Positions 1 to 9,145 of a DNA stretch of 64,000 nucleotides are shown here, one piece after another. Location of the stretch: positions 1 to 64,000 of IMG/VR virus record IMGVR_UViG_3300006793_000021. The stretch is one strand, 5' to 3'. The position numbers were made by a program, and so were the translations under genes. The notes under the pieces are model-generated. The model saw nothing but the letters and a program-made list of their open reading frames with translations, had not been told where the DNA came from and did no database searches. Within the stretch, counting starts at the first letter, position 1. Each line of letters starts with the position of its first letter. The stretch is from a virus.

Positions 1-624
1 CCGCCACGTGAAAGCGTAGCAAACGAAGCACCTGTTGGACTACTAAAACAAGTAGGTCGTAAAATAGGAGCAAAAGTTGCTGGAGCAGTTGGTGCTAAAG
101 GTACAGCCGCTAAATTAAGTGGTGCGGCTGAAGTAGGTGACGAAGCAAGACAGTTAAAAGTAGCACTTCAAGGATATGCAGGTAAAACTGGTATAAACAT
201 AAAACAAATGCAAGGTCCACAACTTGCGGCATTTTTAAAATCAAAAGGTTATCCAAATATGCACCTTAAAGGTGTACAAGGCATAATGACGCCTAAACAA
301 ATAGATCAAGCAATAATGACTGCGGCGCAAGATGCCGCAAAAGCAGACGGTGACGGTACAGTAGGAACTAGTACTGCACCTGCACAACCTAGTGCGCCGG
401 CCGCAGGAGCGGCTAAAGGTACTAATGTAGCAGGAAAGCCTACTACAGCACAAGCACCACAAGTTGACAAAAACAAAGATGGCAAAGATGATGCTACAGG
501 TGAACCAATGGGTGCAAAAGTTATTCCAATGAAAAAGCCAGGTGCAGGTATTACTCCTGAAATGCAAAAACAATTAGATGCACTTACACCAACTGAGAAA
601 AAAGTACTGGCTGGAGCAATATAA
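1..624 (+). CDS. Ala/Gly/Lys-rich protein, 5'-truncated; putative internal head protein
   Basis: Frame is open from base 1 (PPRESVANEAPVGLL...) to the TAA at 624, so it extends beyond the 208 start in the track. Low complexity; overlaps the next ATG (TAATG). Confidence 0.55.
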   Translation, partial: PPRESVANEAPVGLLKQVGRKIGAKVAGAVGAKGTAAKLSGAAEVGDEARQLKVALQGYAGKTGINIKQMQGPQLAAFLKSKGYPNMHLKGVQGIMTPKQIDQAIMTAAQDAAKADGDGTVGTSTAPAQPSAPAAGAAKGTNVAGKPTTAQAPQVDKNKDGKDDATGEPMGAKVIPMKKPGAGITPEMQKQLDALTPTEKKVLAGAI

Positions 625-2720
625 TGAAACTACAAGAAGTAACAGGATTTAATTCACGTACAGCAACTATCCTTAACGAAGGATATCAAGATCTAACTGA
701 ACAACAAATACTTTATTTAGGCAAGTGGGAAAAAGAACTTTGGCCACTAGTTGAACAGTATACAAAATTAGCAGAACAAGAACTTACTAAGCAACAAGTA
801 TTAGACATCTTTAGCGGTGCTGAACAAGTTGCTATGGACAGCGGTGATAATAAAACAATCGCAGGTAAAGTAGGCGCAGGTGCGGCGGCTGCCGCTAAAC
901 TACCTGTTGATATTGCTAAAAAGGTTGATGCTAAAATTAACGAACTAGGCAGATTAGCACAAAATGCAGGTCCAGTTAAAAACGCAGATCAAAAGTTTGA
1001 AGATCTTAAAAAACAAATTACAGCAAACAACAGTGACAGTAAAATTGTACAAGGTATACAAAAAATAAGTGACTGGGCAAAAGAAAATCCAGGCAAAGCA
1101 AGTATAGCAGTTGGTGTTCTAACTACTATGGCGGCATTTGCAGGTGGTCCAGCAGGCGGTGCGGCCGCAGGTTTAATACTACGTGCATCTAAAGATTTAT
1201 TGCAAGGTGAAAAACTTTCAACAGCAGTTGGTAAGTCAGTTAAAACAGCGGCATATGGTGCTCTTGCTGGTTTAGCAATTAAAGGCTTAACTGATGGTAT
1301 GATTGATAACATTGCAACAGGTAGCGAAGCAGAAGCAGATGCAATGATGGACGGGTTTGCGGCAGATAACTTTAAATCAGCAGTAGACAGTGCGGCGGCA
1401 GATGCCGGATTTGATGCAGGTGTATTAGATGGTGCAATGGATTATAGTTCTACAGGTAATATTAATGGTTTCTATTACAATTATGATATGACTATGACTG
1501 CTGATCAAGTATCACAATATAAAACACTTGCAAGTGCGGCTTCAAGTGCAAAAGCATTTAGTCCTGAATATTATGAAGCGGCAGGCAAGTTACACGGATT
1601 TTTATCAACAACGCAAACAGCAAACGCAGATTTATCAGCACTGTCAGATACAATTAAAAACATTCCAAAAGAAGTGTGGACAGGCGATCAATTAGATGCG
1701 GCTATTGCTGTTCTTGACAATGCTGAAGAAGCAGTTCAAGCAGTATCAGCAGTTGGCGGCGCGGCAGGCGCGGCGGCACAAGGTGCTCTTGCAACAGTTG
1801 ATGACAAAAACAAAGAAATGCACAAAATTAAGCCAATTGATCCTGATGAAAAGAAACAACTTGAATTAGATCTCAAAGGCGGAAGCGATGCAACTCCAGT
1901 AGATAAAAACTTTGACAAAAGTCAAAAGTTAAGTGACTTTGGTAAAGTTGGCGAAACATTGTCAATGGAAGAAAAGTTTGAATTATATCTAGCAGAAGCA
2001 GATCCTGCACAAGGCGAATTACCTTTAAACAATCCTAATACACTAGGTGCTAAACTAAAACGTGGAGCAGGAAACTTAGCAGGTAAAGCCGCAGGCGCAG
2101 TAAAAGGTGCGGCAAGTTCAGCGGCAGGAGCAGTTAAACAAACTGCAAAAAATGTAGGTAATAAAGTTACTGCTGATAAACTTACTAAACAATGGACTAA
2201 GATGGGATCACCATTAGATTCAGGTAGTATTGCTAATATACTAGCAGATGCTGGTATGAGTAACGACCAAATACAAAGCATTGGATCAACACAAAAAGTA
2301 GAATTAGAACCATCTAAGCCTCAACAAGATCCTGAAACACAGCCAGATGCACCGAGTACGGATACAGCACAAAAAGGTGCGGATTCGGAACAACCAAGTG
2401 CTAAAACACCACCAGCAGTTAAAGATGCACCTATTAAAAAGGGTACTATAATGAACAAAGGTGGTAAAGATTACGAATGGGCAGGCGCACTATGGGTTGA
2501 CACACAAACAAATAAACCTGTTGGTGTACAAGCAAGTTTTGATATGGGATTACCGAATCCTAAATTTACTGCAATTCTTAAGGCTGTTAAAGCTGATCCA
2601 GAATTAGGAAAATTAGTAAAAGCACAACTTACTGCTAAAGGTGTAAAACCAGGTACTGCACAAGCAGGACAAGCGGCACAAGCAGGTGTTAAAGGAACTG
2701 AAAAACTTAAGACTGCTTAA
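624..2720 (+). CDS. 698-aa putative internal head/ejection protein
   Basis: N-terminal MKLQE and several L-x-E motifs (ILNEG, DLTEQ, YLAEA) resemble gp21 cleavage sites. Contains Gly/Ala hydrophobic segments. Confidence 0.5.
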   Translation: MKLQEVTGFNSRTATILNEGYQDLTEQQILYLGKWEKELWPLVEQYTKLAEQELTKQQVLDIFSGAEQVAMDSGDNKTIAGKVGAGAAAAAKLPVDIAKKVDAKINELGRLAQNAGPVKNADQKFEDLKKQITANNSDSKIVQGIQKISDWAKENPGKASIAVGVLTTMAAFAGGPAGGAAAGLILRASKDLLQGEKLSTAVGKSVKTAAYGALAGLAIKGLTDGMIDNIATGSEAEADAMMDGFAADNFKSAVDSAAADAGFDAGVLDGAMDYSSTGNINGFYYNYDMTMTADQVSQYKTLASAASSAKAFSPEYYEAAGKLHGFLSTTQTANADLSALSDTIKNIPKEVWTGDQLDAAIAVLDNAEEAVQAVSAVGGAAGAAAQGALATVDDKNKEMHKIKPIDPDEKKQLELDLKGGSDATPVDKNFDKSQKLSDFGKVGETLSMEEKFELYLAEADPAQGELPLNNPNTLGAKLKRGAGNLAGKAAGAVKGAASSAAGAVKQTAKNVGNKVTADKLTKQWTKMGSPLDSGSIANILADAGMSNDQIQSIGSTQKVELEPSKPQQDPETQPDAPSTDTAQKGADSEQPSAKTPPAVKDAPIKKGTIMNKGGKDYEWAGALWVDTQTNKPVGVQASFDMGLPNPKFTAILKAVKADPELGKLVKAQLTAKGVKPGTAQAGQAAQAGVKGTEKLKTA

Positions 2721-2947
2721 AAATAAGGTAGTCCGCTTTTCTTTGTAGTTTCGAAATTGTCTTCAACCATTTTACCGATTATCTCTCGTTCTTCAGGACC
2801 GAGATAATAGGCTTCTTCGTAGGTTAGACCTCCACGCATTAACCAACACAATTTAGTAAGTTCTAATTTAAACTGTTTAGATTCTTGCTCAAGGACCTTA
2901 ACTTCTTCTAGGATCTCTGGGACGGTCCACGTCAGGATCCTTATTCG
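2717..2947 (-). CDS. 76-codon -1 frame extension of the gp26-like gene (gp51/gpT-like tail chaperone domain)
   Basis: Open -1 frame RIRILTWTVPEILEEVKVLEQESKQFKLELTKLCWLMRGGLTYEEAYYLGPEEREIIGKMVEDNFETTKKSGLPYF* begins at the slippery site; no SD-linked start of its own. Confidence 0.7.
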   Translation of the reverse strand, partial: RIRILTWTVPEILEEVKVLEQESKQFKLELTKLCWLMRGGLTYEEAYYLGPEEREIIGKMVEDNFETTKKSGLPYF

Positions 2948-2953
2948 AAAAAA
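2911..2953 (-). other. Programmed -1 ribosomal frameshift signal
   Basis: U UUU UUC heptamer (2953-2947), 6-nt spacer, then hairpin GGAUC-CUG-ACG-uggac-CGU-cc-CAG-a-GAUCC (2940-2911). Confidence 0.7.
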
Positions 2954-3819
2954 TTCGACTGATCAAATGTAATTGGTACTTCGTAAGTTTCTGGAACACC
3001 TTGTAATTTTTCTTCGTCAGTTGCTTGTGCAATTAACGGCTTTAGTGTAAACTTTTCTTTTTCTGCTTCTAAGTGTGTTTGAATACTATTAAAAAATGTT
3101 TTATCTGCATTTTTAATAAAGTCAAGTATATGTGTTCTGTTAGTTACTAATACTGGATCATCATTTTCTTGTTGTATCTCAATACTTTTAATACCTTTAA
3201 CCATCATGTCTACAGTTAGTTCAGTAAGTTTTGCAAACGAGTTTGTAAATGCTTGAAGTTTATCTTCTTCTTTCATTGTATCGTCGTTAACAACATTAAA
3301 GATACGTTGTTCTTCAAATGTTTTTAAAGCACCGTCTGTAAATTCTCTGTAATTTAATGGACGTAAACGTATTGTCATTTCCGGTAGCATTACAACATCA
3401 TTATATTCAATATTAGCAAACTGATCTAATAATTGTCTTAGATCTACACCCATTTCTTTTTCTTCTCCTGTCACTGGAGTTTTAATTTTAAGTGTCATTT
3501 GTTCGCCGTATGTTGCAAGCCTAATAGCAATAAGACATACATCAAGATCTACACTAGGTAGTTTCCATGCATCTTTGATTGCAGGTATACAACTTTGAAT
3601 TACATCAACTGTTGCTTGTCCGTTAAGTAACGCATCAGGAGTTTTAAACAACAGCTCATCTTTTGCTGTCATTGAATAAACTTCAACTTCTCCGCTCTCT
3701 GGAAAGTCAATTGAACCTGCTGGATAGTGTTTTCCTTGGCTAGGAAGGCTAATATATAACTTAGATTGTCGAAAATACTTACTAAGTGGGTTTGTATCTG
3801 GTGATTTTATTTGTGACAT
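2941..3819 (-). CDS. gp26: T4 gp26-like baseplate hub / tail assembly chaperone
   Basis: Motifs NPLSKYFRQ-LPS-G-YP, MTAKDELLFKTPDALLNG, DLD-LIAIRLATYG. Start reassigned to the ATG at 3819 (GGAG SD upstream). Confidence 0.75.
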   Translation of the reverse strand: MSQIKSPDTNPLSKYFRQSKLYISLPSQGKHYPAGSIDFPESGEVEVYSMTAKDELLFKTPDALLNGQATVDVIQSCIPAIKDAWKLPSVDLDVCLIAIRLATYGEQMTLKIKTPVTGEEKEMGVDLRQLLDQFANIEYNDVVMLPEMTIRLRPLNYREFTDGALKTFEEQRIFNVVNDDTMKEEDKLQAFTNSFAKLTELTVDMMVKGIKSIEIQQENDDPVLVTNRTHILDFIKNADKTFFNSIQTHLEAEKEKFTLKPLIAQATDEEKLQGVPETYEVPITFDQSNFFE

Positions 3820-3829
3820 GTTTTCTCCG

Positions 3830-3837
3830 TATAAATA
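3830..3837 (+). promoter_or_regulatory. T4-type late promoter TATAAATA (tape measure/portal)
   Basis: Exact consensus about 60 nt upstream of the ATG at 3898. Confidence 0.75.
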
Positions 3838-3862
3838 CATTATTAGTTGTATGTATCTACTT

Positions 3863-3870
3863 TATTTATA
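3863..3870 (-). promoter_or_regulatory. T4-type late promoter TATAAATA (gp26-like gene)
   Basis: TATTTATA on the plus strand, about 45 nt upstream of the ATG at 3819. Confidence 0.75.
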
Positions 3871-3897
3871 TACGCAGTTAACTTGGAATAGTGATTA

Positions 3898-6800
3898 ATG
3901 GCCGAAGAAGTAAAAATTGTTGACGTTGCCGGCGGACCTGCCGCAGAAGCTACATTACAAGAAATATTAAAGATAATGAAGCGCGGAGGCCAATCTGGGT
4001 CTGGCGGCAGTGGCGGCGGTGCAAAAGCACAAGACCTGTACACAAAAGCAGTAACACGTGGTACAACAACTACTAAAAAACAAACAGCAGAAGTCAAAAA
4101 AAGCACTAGTGCATTAAAATCGTTTAGTAGCGGTCTTAACTCAACTTTAGGTTTTGCATTTAAAGCACTAGGATCAGTACTAGGTGCTACCACAGGACAA
4201 CTAACAAATTTTGCTGGCGCAGTACAAAATAGTAATAGTGTTACTGAGTTTCTTAGTCAAGTACCTATATTAGGCTCAGCACTTGGAAAAGCAAGTGCTT
4301 ACTTTGATAAAAGTCTAGCAACTTTCCAACAGTTAAGTGAATCAGGTGCTGGATTTGGTAACAATATGTTAGCAATGCGACAAGCATCAGCAGAAGCAGG
4401 TCTTAGTTTAGACCAATTTGCAGATATGGTTTCAGCAAACTCAGCTAACATGACTTTGTTAGGTGGCACAGTTACAGGTGGTGCACAGCGTTTAGGTAAA
4501 TTAACCAAATCACTTAGAAGTGTAGAAAACGGTATGTTTGGTTTAGGTTTCACACAAGAGTCATTAAATGAAGGCATGGCTGATTATATTGAAAACCAAG
4601 CAAGAGCAGGACAACTTAGAGGAAGAACAGATGCATCATTAACAGCTGGTGCTAAAAGTTATCTGTTAGAAATAGACAAACTTGCAAAAGTTACTGGTAA
4701 AAGTAGAAAACAATTACAAGAAGAAATAAACGGCAGAATGGAAGCGGCAAATATCAACGTGCTTGCTTCTAAATTAAGTGGCAAAGGATTAGAAAACTTC
4801 CAAAACAACTTACAATTTTCTTCTGATATTATGGGCAAGTCAGGACCAGCATTTAGTGATGCATTAGGTGATATGGCTGACGGTGTTTCTCAAACACCAC
4901 TAGCACAATATTTAGAAGCAAACGTATCCGGTCTAAAAGAACTACAAGTAGCAAACGCAACAGGAGCAATTAGTCAAGAAGAATATAAAGCTCGTCTAAT
5001 GAAGATGCTTCCAGAGATTACTAAATTAGCAGATACTATGGGTGCGGCAGGTACATCAGCATTGGCCCAAACTGAAGGCATGGGAGAGTTTGTACAAATG
5101 ACTGCTGATGCTAGGACAGCAGGTCAACGTGAAATAGATATGAGAAAAGCCGCGGCTGAACAACAGAAAAAAGATTCTGTTACTGATGTGTTCGCTAAGT
5201 TTAAACAAACTATACAAACTATTAGAAGTAACATTGAAGAAGCATTACTTAAATCAGGCGTAATGGACACACTAGGTACTGCATTATCAGGTATAAGCAA
5301 TACACTTATAGAAGTTACTAAAGGAATTACTGAAAATCTAGTAAGATATCTTAAGAGTGATCAGTTTAAAGCAGACGTTGAAAACTTTAAACAAAAAATA
5401 GTACAAATGGCCGTAAAAGCACAAAGCATGGTCAAATATTTAAGATCAGAAGAGTTTAAGAAAAAGTTTGATGACTTTATGGCAAAAATCGGCGAAGGTG
5501 TAACTTCAATTAAGGCGTTTGTTGCTGATGTTACAAACTTAGGATTGAACGAAGCTATTGCAAAAGCACTAGGTGGTGCTGAAGGTCAAACCATCGGTGA
5601 TGTTGTTAAAGATAAATTTAGCGAAATGATCGGCGGCATTGATTTTTCAGGCATTGCTGTAAAGTTAGGACTTGCTATTACTGGACTGTTCGTAGGTGCA
5701 AAAGTTATTGGCGCAATGAAAAGCGGTATTGGCAGTATGTTTGGCGGATTATTTGGCGGTACCAAAGGAGGTGCTGTTAAAGGTCCAGCAGGTGCAGGCA
5801 AAGCAGGTAAAGGTGTTGGAGACTTTGTTGGCAATGTAGGCGGTGGTGTTCTCAAAGGTGTTGCTAAAGGATTAGCGGCATTTGGCAATCCACAAGTAGC
5901 AATAGGTGGCGCAGTACTAGCAGGAGTTATTCTTGTTATTGGTGCGGCAGTTGCAGGTGCTACGTGGTTAGTAGGTAAATCATTACCAACGTTTGCAGAC
6001 GGCATGAAGTCCTTTGAAGATATAGATGGTGCTAAACTTTCGGCGGCAGGAAAAGGTATGCTTGCAGTTGCAGGAGGCATGGCGGCATTTGGTGCAGGTA
6101 CAGCAGTTGCAGGATTAGGAAACTTAGTAGGCGGAATAGCAGATGGCATTGGTGCATTGTTTGGTGCTGAAAAAGCAAATCCATTAGAACAGTTATTAGA
6201 ATTTCAAAAATACACAATCGACGAAGCAAAAGTCAAAGGCAATGCAAATGCACTAGTTGCATATTCAACTGCAATGGCCGCATATGGCGGTGGTACAGCG
6301 GCAAGTGGATTAGGTTCATTAGTAAGTGGAATAGCAACAGGTATTACATCGTTCTTTGGCGGTGAAACTGGCATACCATATGATGATATAATTAAATTCC
6401 AAGGTTATGCTTTTGATACAGAAAAAGTAAAAGCAAATGCGGCCGCAATGGTAGCATTTAACGAAGCATTAACTTCTAGCTCGGGTGCAGGCGCAAAAAG
6501 CGGTGTAGGAAATGCAGTTGGAGCAATTGGCAATGCTATTGCAGGATTCTTTGGAGCTAAAACACCATTTGATAAAGTAAAAGATTTTGGAGCATTAGAA
6601 TTAAATGCTGAAGGCGTTAAAACAAATGCTGAAGCAATGGTTCATATGGCAAATGCTCTAAACTCATTTACAAGTGGAGAAGCAGGCGAGATTGAAATCT
6701 CTAAAAAAACTGTTACATCATTAGAACGTTTAGCAGGAATGGATAGCACAGGTATTGCTACATTATCTACTAATTTACAAAGTATGGCCGCAATGACAGG

Positions 6801-7128
6801 CTTAGACGCGAATATTACTTCACTCAATTCGCTTGACACAGAGAGCATAACCAGTTATAATACAGCAATGAAAGAATTAGTTGAAGTATTAGGCGAATTA
6901 AATGATGAACTTGCCAAAGATAATAAACTTGGGTTTGGCTCAGGAACTAATGCAGGTGATGTTGTAGCTAAAATGGACACAATAGGCGGCGGCGGATCCG
7001 GCACTGGTAGCTCAGAACAACTAGATCGGTTAAATATGTTAGTTGCTTCGTTATCTGAAATAATGAGAGAAGTAAGTACAAATACCAAAGCGACTGCTAC
7101 TAATACTAGTGGAAACATTTACGGTTAG
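3898..7128 (+). CDS. Tail tape measure protein
   Basis: 1076 aa, helical, Ala/Gly-rich, with hydrophobic stretches and repeated (L/V)GxxxxGIxxFFG units; adjacent to the tail chaperone. Confidence 0.7.
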   Translation: MAEEVKIVDVAGGPAAEATLQEILKIMKRGGQSGSGGSGGGAKAQDLYTKAVTRGTTTTKKQTAEVKKSTSALKSFSSGLNSTLGFAFKALGSVLGATTGQLTNFAGAVQNSNSVTEFLSQVPILGSALGKASAYFDKSLATFQQLSESGAGFGNNMLAMRQASAEAGLSLDQFADMVSANSANMTLLGGTVTGGAQRLGKLTKSLRSVENGMFGLGFTQESLNEGMADYIENQARAGQLRGRTDASLTAGAKSYLLEIDKLAKVTGKSRKQLQEEINGRMEAANINVLASKLSGKGLENFQNNLQFSSDIMGKSGPAFSDALGDMADGVSQTPLAQYLEANVSGLKELQVANATGAISQEEYKARLMKMLPEITKLADTMGAAGTSALAQTEGMGEFVQMTADARTAGQREIDMRKAAAEQQKKDSVTDVFAKFKQTIQTIRSNIEEALLKSGVMDTLGTALSGISNTLIEVTKGITENLVRYLKSDQFKADVENFKQKIVQMAVKAQSMVKYLRSEEFKKKFDDFMAKIGEGVTSIKAFVADVTNLGLNEAIAKALGGAEGQTIGDVVKDKFSEMIGGIDFSGIAVKLGLAITGLFVGAKVIGAMKSGIGSMFGGLFGGTKGGAVKGPAGAGKAGKGVGDFVGNVGGGVLKGVAKGLAAFGNPQVAIGGAVLAGVILVIGAAVAGATWLVGKSLPTFADGMKSFEDIDGAKLSAAGKGMLAVAGGMAAFGAGTAVAGLGNLVGGIADGIGALFGAEKANPLEQLLEFQKYTIDEAKVKGNANALVAYSTAMAAYGGGTAASGLGSLVSGIATGITSFFGGETGIPYDDIIKFQGYAFDTEKVKANAAAMVAFNEALTSSSGAGAKSGVGNAVGAIGNAIAGFFGAKTPFDKVKDFGALELNAEGVKTNAEAMVHMANALNSFTSGEAGEIEISKKTVTSLERLAGMDSTGIATLSTNLQSMAAMTGLDANITSLNSLDTESITSYNTAMKELVEVLGELNDELAKDNKLGFGSGTNAGDVVAKMDTIGGGGSGTGSSEQLDRLNMLVASLSEIMREVSTNTKATATNTSGNIYG

Positions 7129-7136
7129 GAAATTAT

Positions 7137-8891
7137 ATGAGTTGGAAAAAACATTTTACACCAGTTAAAACTGGTAATAACACAGAAGGAAGTTACAGTC
7201 CGTTTACTGCACGAAGTGCCGGTGGCGGTCAAGCTGGTCCTGCACGTTCTAACTATTCATCGTACTTACCAGATGTATACATAGGTAGTCCAAATCGTGT
7301 TGAACGTTATGGTCAATACAATACAATGGATATGGATAGTGAGGTAAATGCCGCACTTGATATTCTTGCAGAATTTACTACACAACAAAACAAACAAAAT
7401 AAAACTCCGTTTTTAATTGACTTTAAAACTAAAGCAACAAATTCAGAAATTACAATTATATCGCAATACTTACAACAGTGGAGTAAATTACAAAACTTTG
7501 AAACACGTATGTTCCGTTTAATGCGTAACGTGTTTAAGTATGGTGATGCATTTTTTGTTAGAGATCCAGAAACTAAAAAATTATTTCATGTTGATCCTGC
7601 AAAAGTTTCAAAAATTATTGTTAACGAAAGTCAAGGTAAAACACCTGAACAATATCTAGTAAAAGACTTTAATTTAAACTTTGCTGAAATGGTAGCAACA
7701 ACTCCATATCAAACAACTGGTCAAGGATCAGGAGGCACAGGCGATGCAGGTTACTTAACTGGCGGCGTTCGTGGCATGGTTGGTAATTCAAGTACAAGTG
7801 CAGGCGGTGGACGTTTTCAACAAGGCGAAAATGAAATTGCAGTTGCATCAGAACACGTTATACATTTAAGTTTATCAGAAGGATTAGACTTAAATTATCC
7901 GTTTGGTAATTCATTACTAGAAACAGTATTCAAAGTATTCAAACAAAAAGAATTGCTCGAAGATGCGATTATTATATATCGTGTACAAAGAGCTCCAGAA
8001 AGAAGAGTATTCTACGTTGATGTGGGCAACATGCCTTCACACCTTGCTATGCAATTTGTGGAACGTGTTAAGACGGAAATTCATCAAAGACGAATCCCAT
8101 CGCAAACGGGGGGTGGCCAAAACGTTATAGACTCAGCTTACAATCCCCTATCAATTAACGAAGACTACTTCTTCCCACAAACTGCTGAAGGTAGAGGATC
8201 TAAAGTTGAAACATTGCCAGGCGGTACTAACCTCGGAGAGATAGATGACCTTAGATATTTTACTAATAAGCTCGTACGCGGTTTACGAATCCCTAGTTCA
8301 TACTTACCGACCGGGCCTGATGATGGAAATTCTCAGTACACTGACGGACGAGTTGGAACAGCATACATACAAGAACTAAGATTTAATACATACTGTGAAC
8401 GTTTACAGAATTTAGTAGTTGAAGAATTTAACCAAGAATTTAAACGTTACATTTTAGAAAAAGGTGTAAACATTGACACAGCAATGTTTGATCTTAAATT
8501 TCAACCTCCACAAAACTTTGCAAGTTATAGACAAAGTGAGATTGATAATGCAAGAGTACCTACGTATTCACAAATGAGTGCAATACCTTATATTTCAAAT
8601 CGTTTTGCAATGTCACGTTTCTTAGGAATGAGTGATGAAGAGATTGCAGAAAACGAAAGACTATGGCGCGAAGAAAATGATGAAAATTTAGAAGCGCAAA
8701 ATACCGATGCCGCAGGAGAGATGCGTGGTGCAGGAATAAGCGGAGCAGGTATAAGTTCAGACTTAGGGAACATTGAAGACGATGCAACAGAAGAACCAGA
8801 TCCAACACTTGGTGGAGATGAAATGGCTGGCGCAACCCCTGAAGCAGGAGCAGAAGAAACCGCACCTCCGGCAACGGATCAAACGATATAA
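7137..8891 (+). CDS. gp20: Portal vertex protein
   Basis: LLEDAIIIYRVQRAPERRVFYVDVGNMP, EDYFFP, GRGSKVETLPGG, LRIPSSYL. Confidence 0.95.
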   Translation: MSWKKHFTPVKTGNNTEGSYSPFTARSAGGGQAGPARSNYSSYLPDVYIGSPNRVERYGQYNTMDMDSEVNAALDILAEFTTQQNKQNKTPFLIDFKTKATNSEITIISQYLQQWSKLQNFETRMFRLMRNVFKYGDAFFVRDPETKKLFHVDPAKVSKIIVNESQGKTPEQYLVKDFNLNFAEMVATTPYQTTGQGSGGTGDAGYLTGGVRGMVGNSSTSAGGGRFQQGENEIAVASEHVIHLSLSEGLDLNYPFGNSLLETVFKVFKQKELLEDAIIIYRVQRAPERRVFYVDVGNMPSHLAMQFVERVKTEIHQRRIPSQTGGGQNVIDSAYNPLSINEDYFFPQTAEGRGSKVETLPGGTNLGEIDDLRYFTNKLVRGLRIPSSYLPTGPDDGNSQYTDGRVGTAYIQELRFNTYCERLQNLVVEEFNQEFKRYILEKGVNIDTAMFDLKFQPPQNFASYRQSEIDNARVPTYSQMSAIPYISNRFAMSRFLGMSDEEIAENERLWREENDENLEAQNTDAAGEMRGAGISGAGISSDLGNIEDDATEEPDPTLGGDEMAGATPEAGAEETAPPATDQTI

Positions 8892-8894
8892 ATA
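8887..8894 (+). promoter_or_regulatory. Late promoter TATAAATA
   Basis: Exact consensus, 5 nt before the ATG at 8900. Confidence 0.7.
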
Positions 8895-8899
8895 CTAAC

Positions 8900-9145
8900 A
8901 TGATACTACGTGAACTATTCTACTATGACAAAGAAACATTCGACAATGTCGAAGACGATCGCTATGAAGAACGCGATGACGAGTCCCCAATTGAATATAA
9001 TGATACACGTAAGACACGGTTAACACTTCGTCAAATCAATAAAGTCCGCAAGGCGTCTGAACTACATAGCAGTGAACAATCAGAAGAATTAAATTTTGTG
9101 CGTCAAATGTATGGAGTGGCAGCCAATGCCGAAGCGGGGGTTTAA
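8900..9145 (+). CDS. Small hypothetical head-module protein
   Basis: 81-aa ORF (MILRELF...RKTRLTLRQINK) directly after the portal gene and a late promoter. Confidence 0.7.
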   Translation: MILRELFYYDKETFDNVEDDRYEERDDESPIEYNDTRKTRLTLRQINKVRKASELHSSEQSEELNFVRQMYGVAANAEAGV

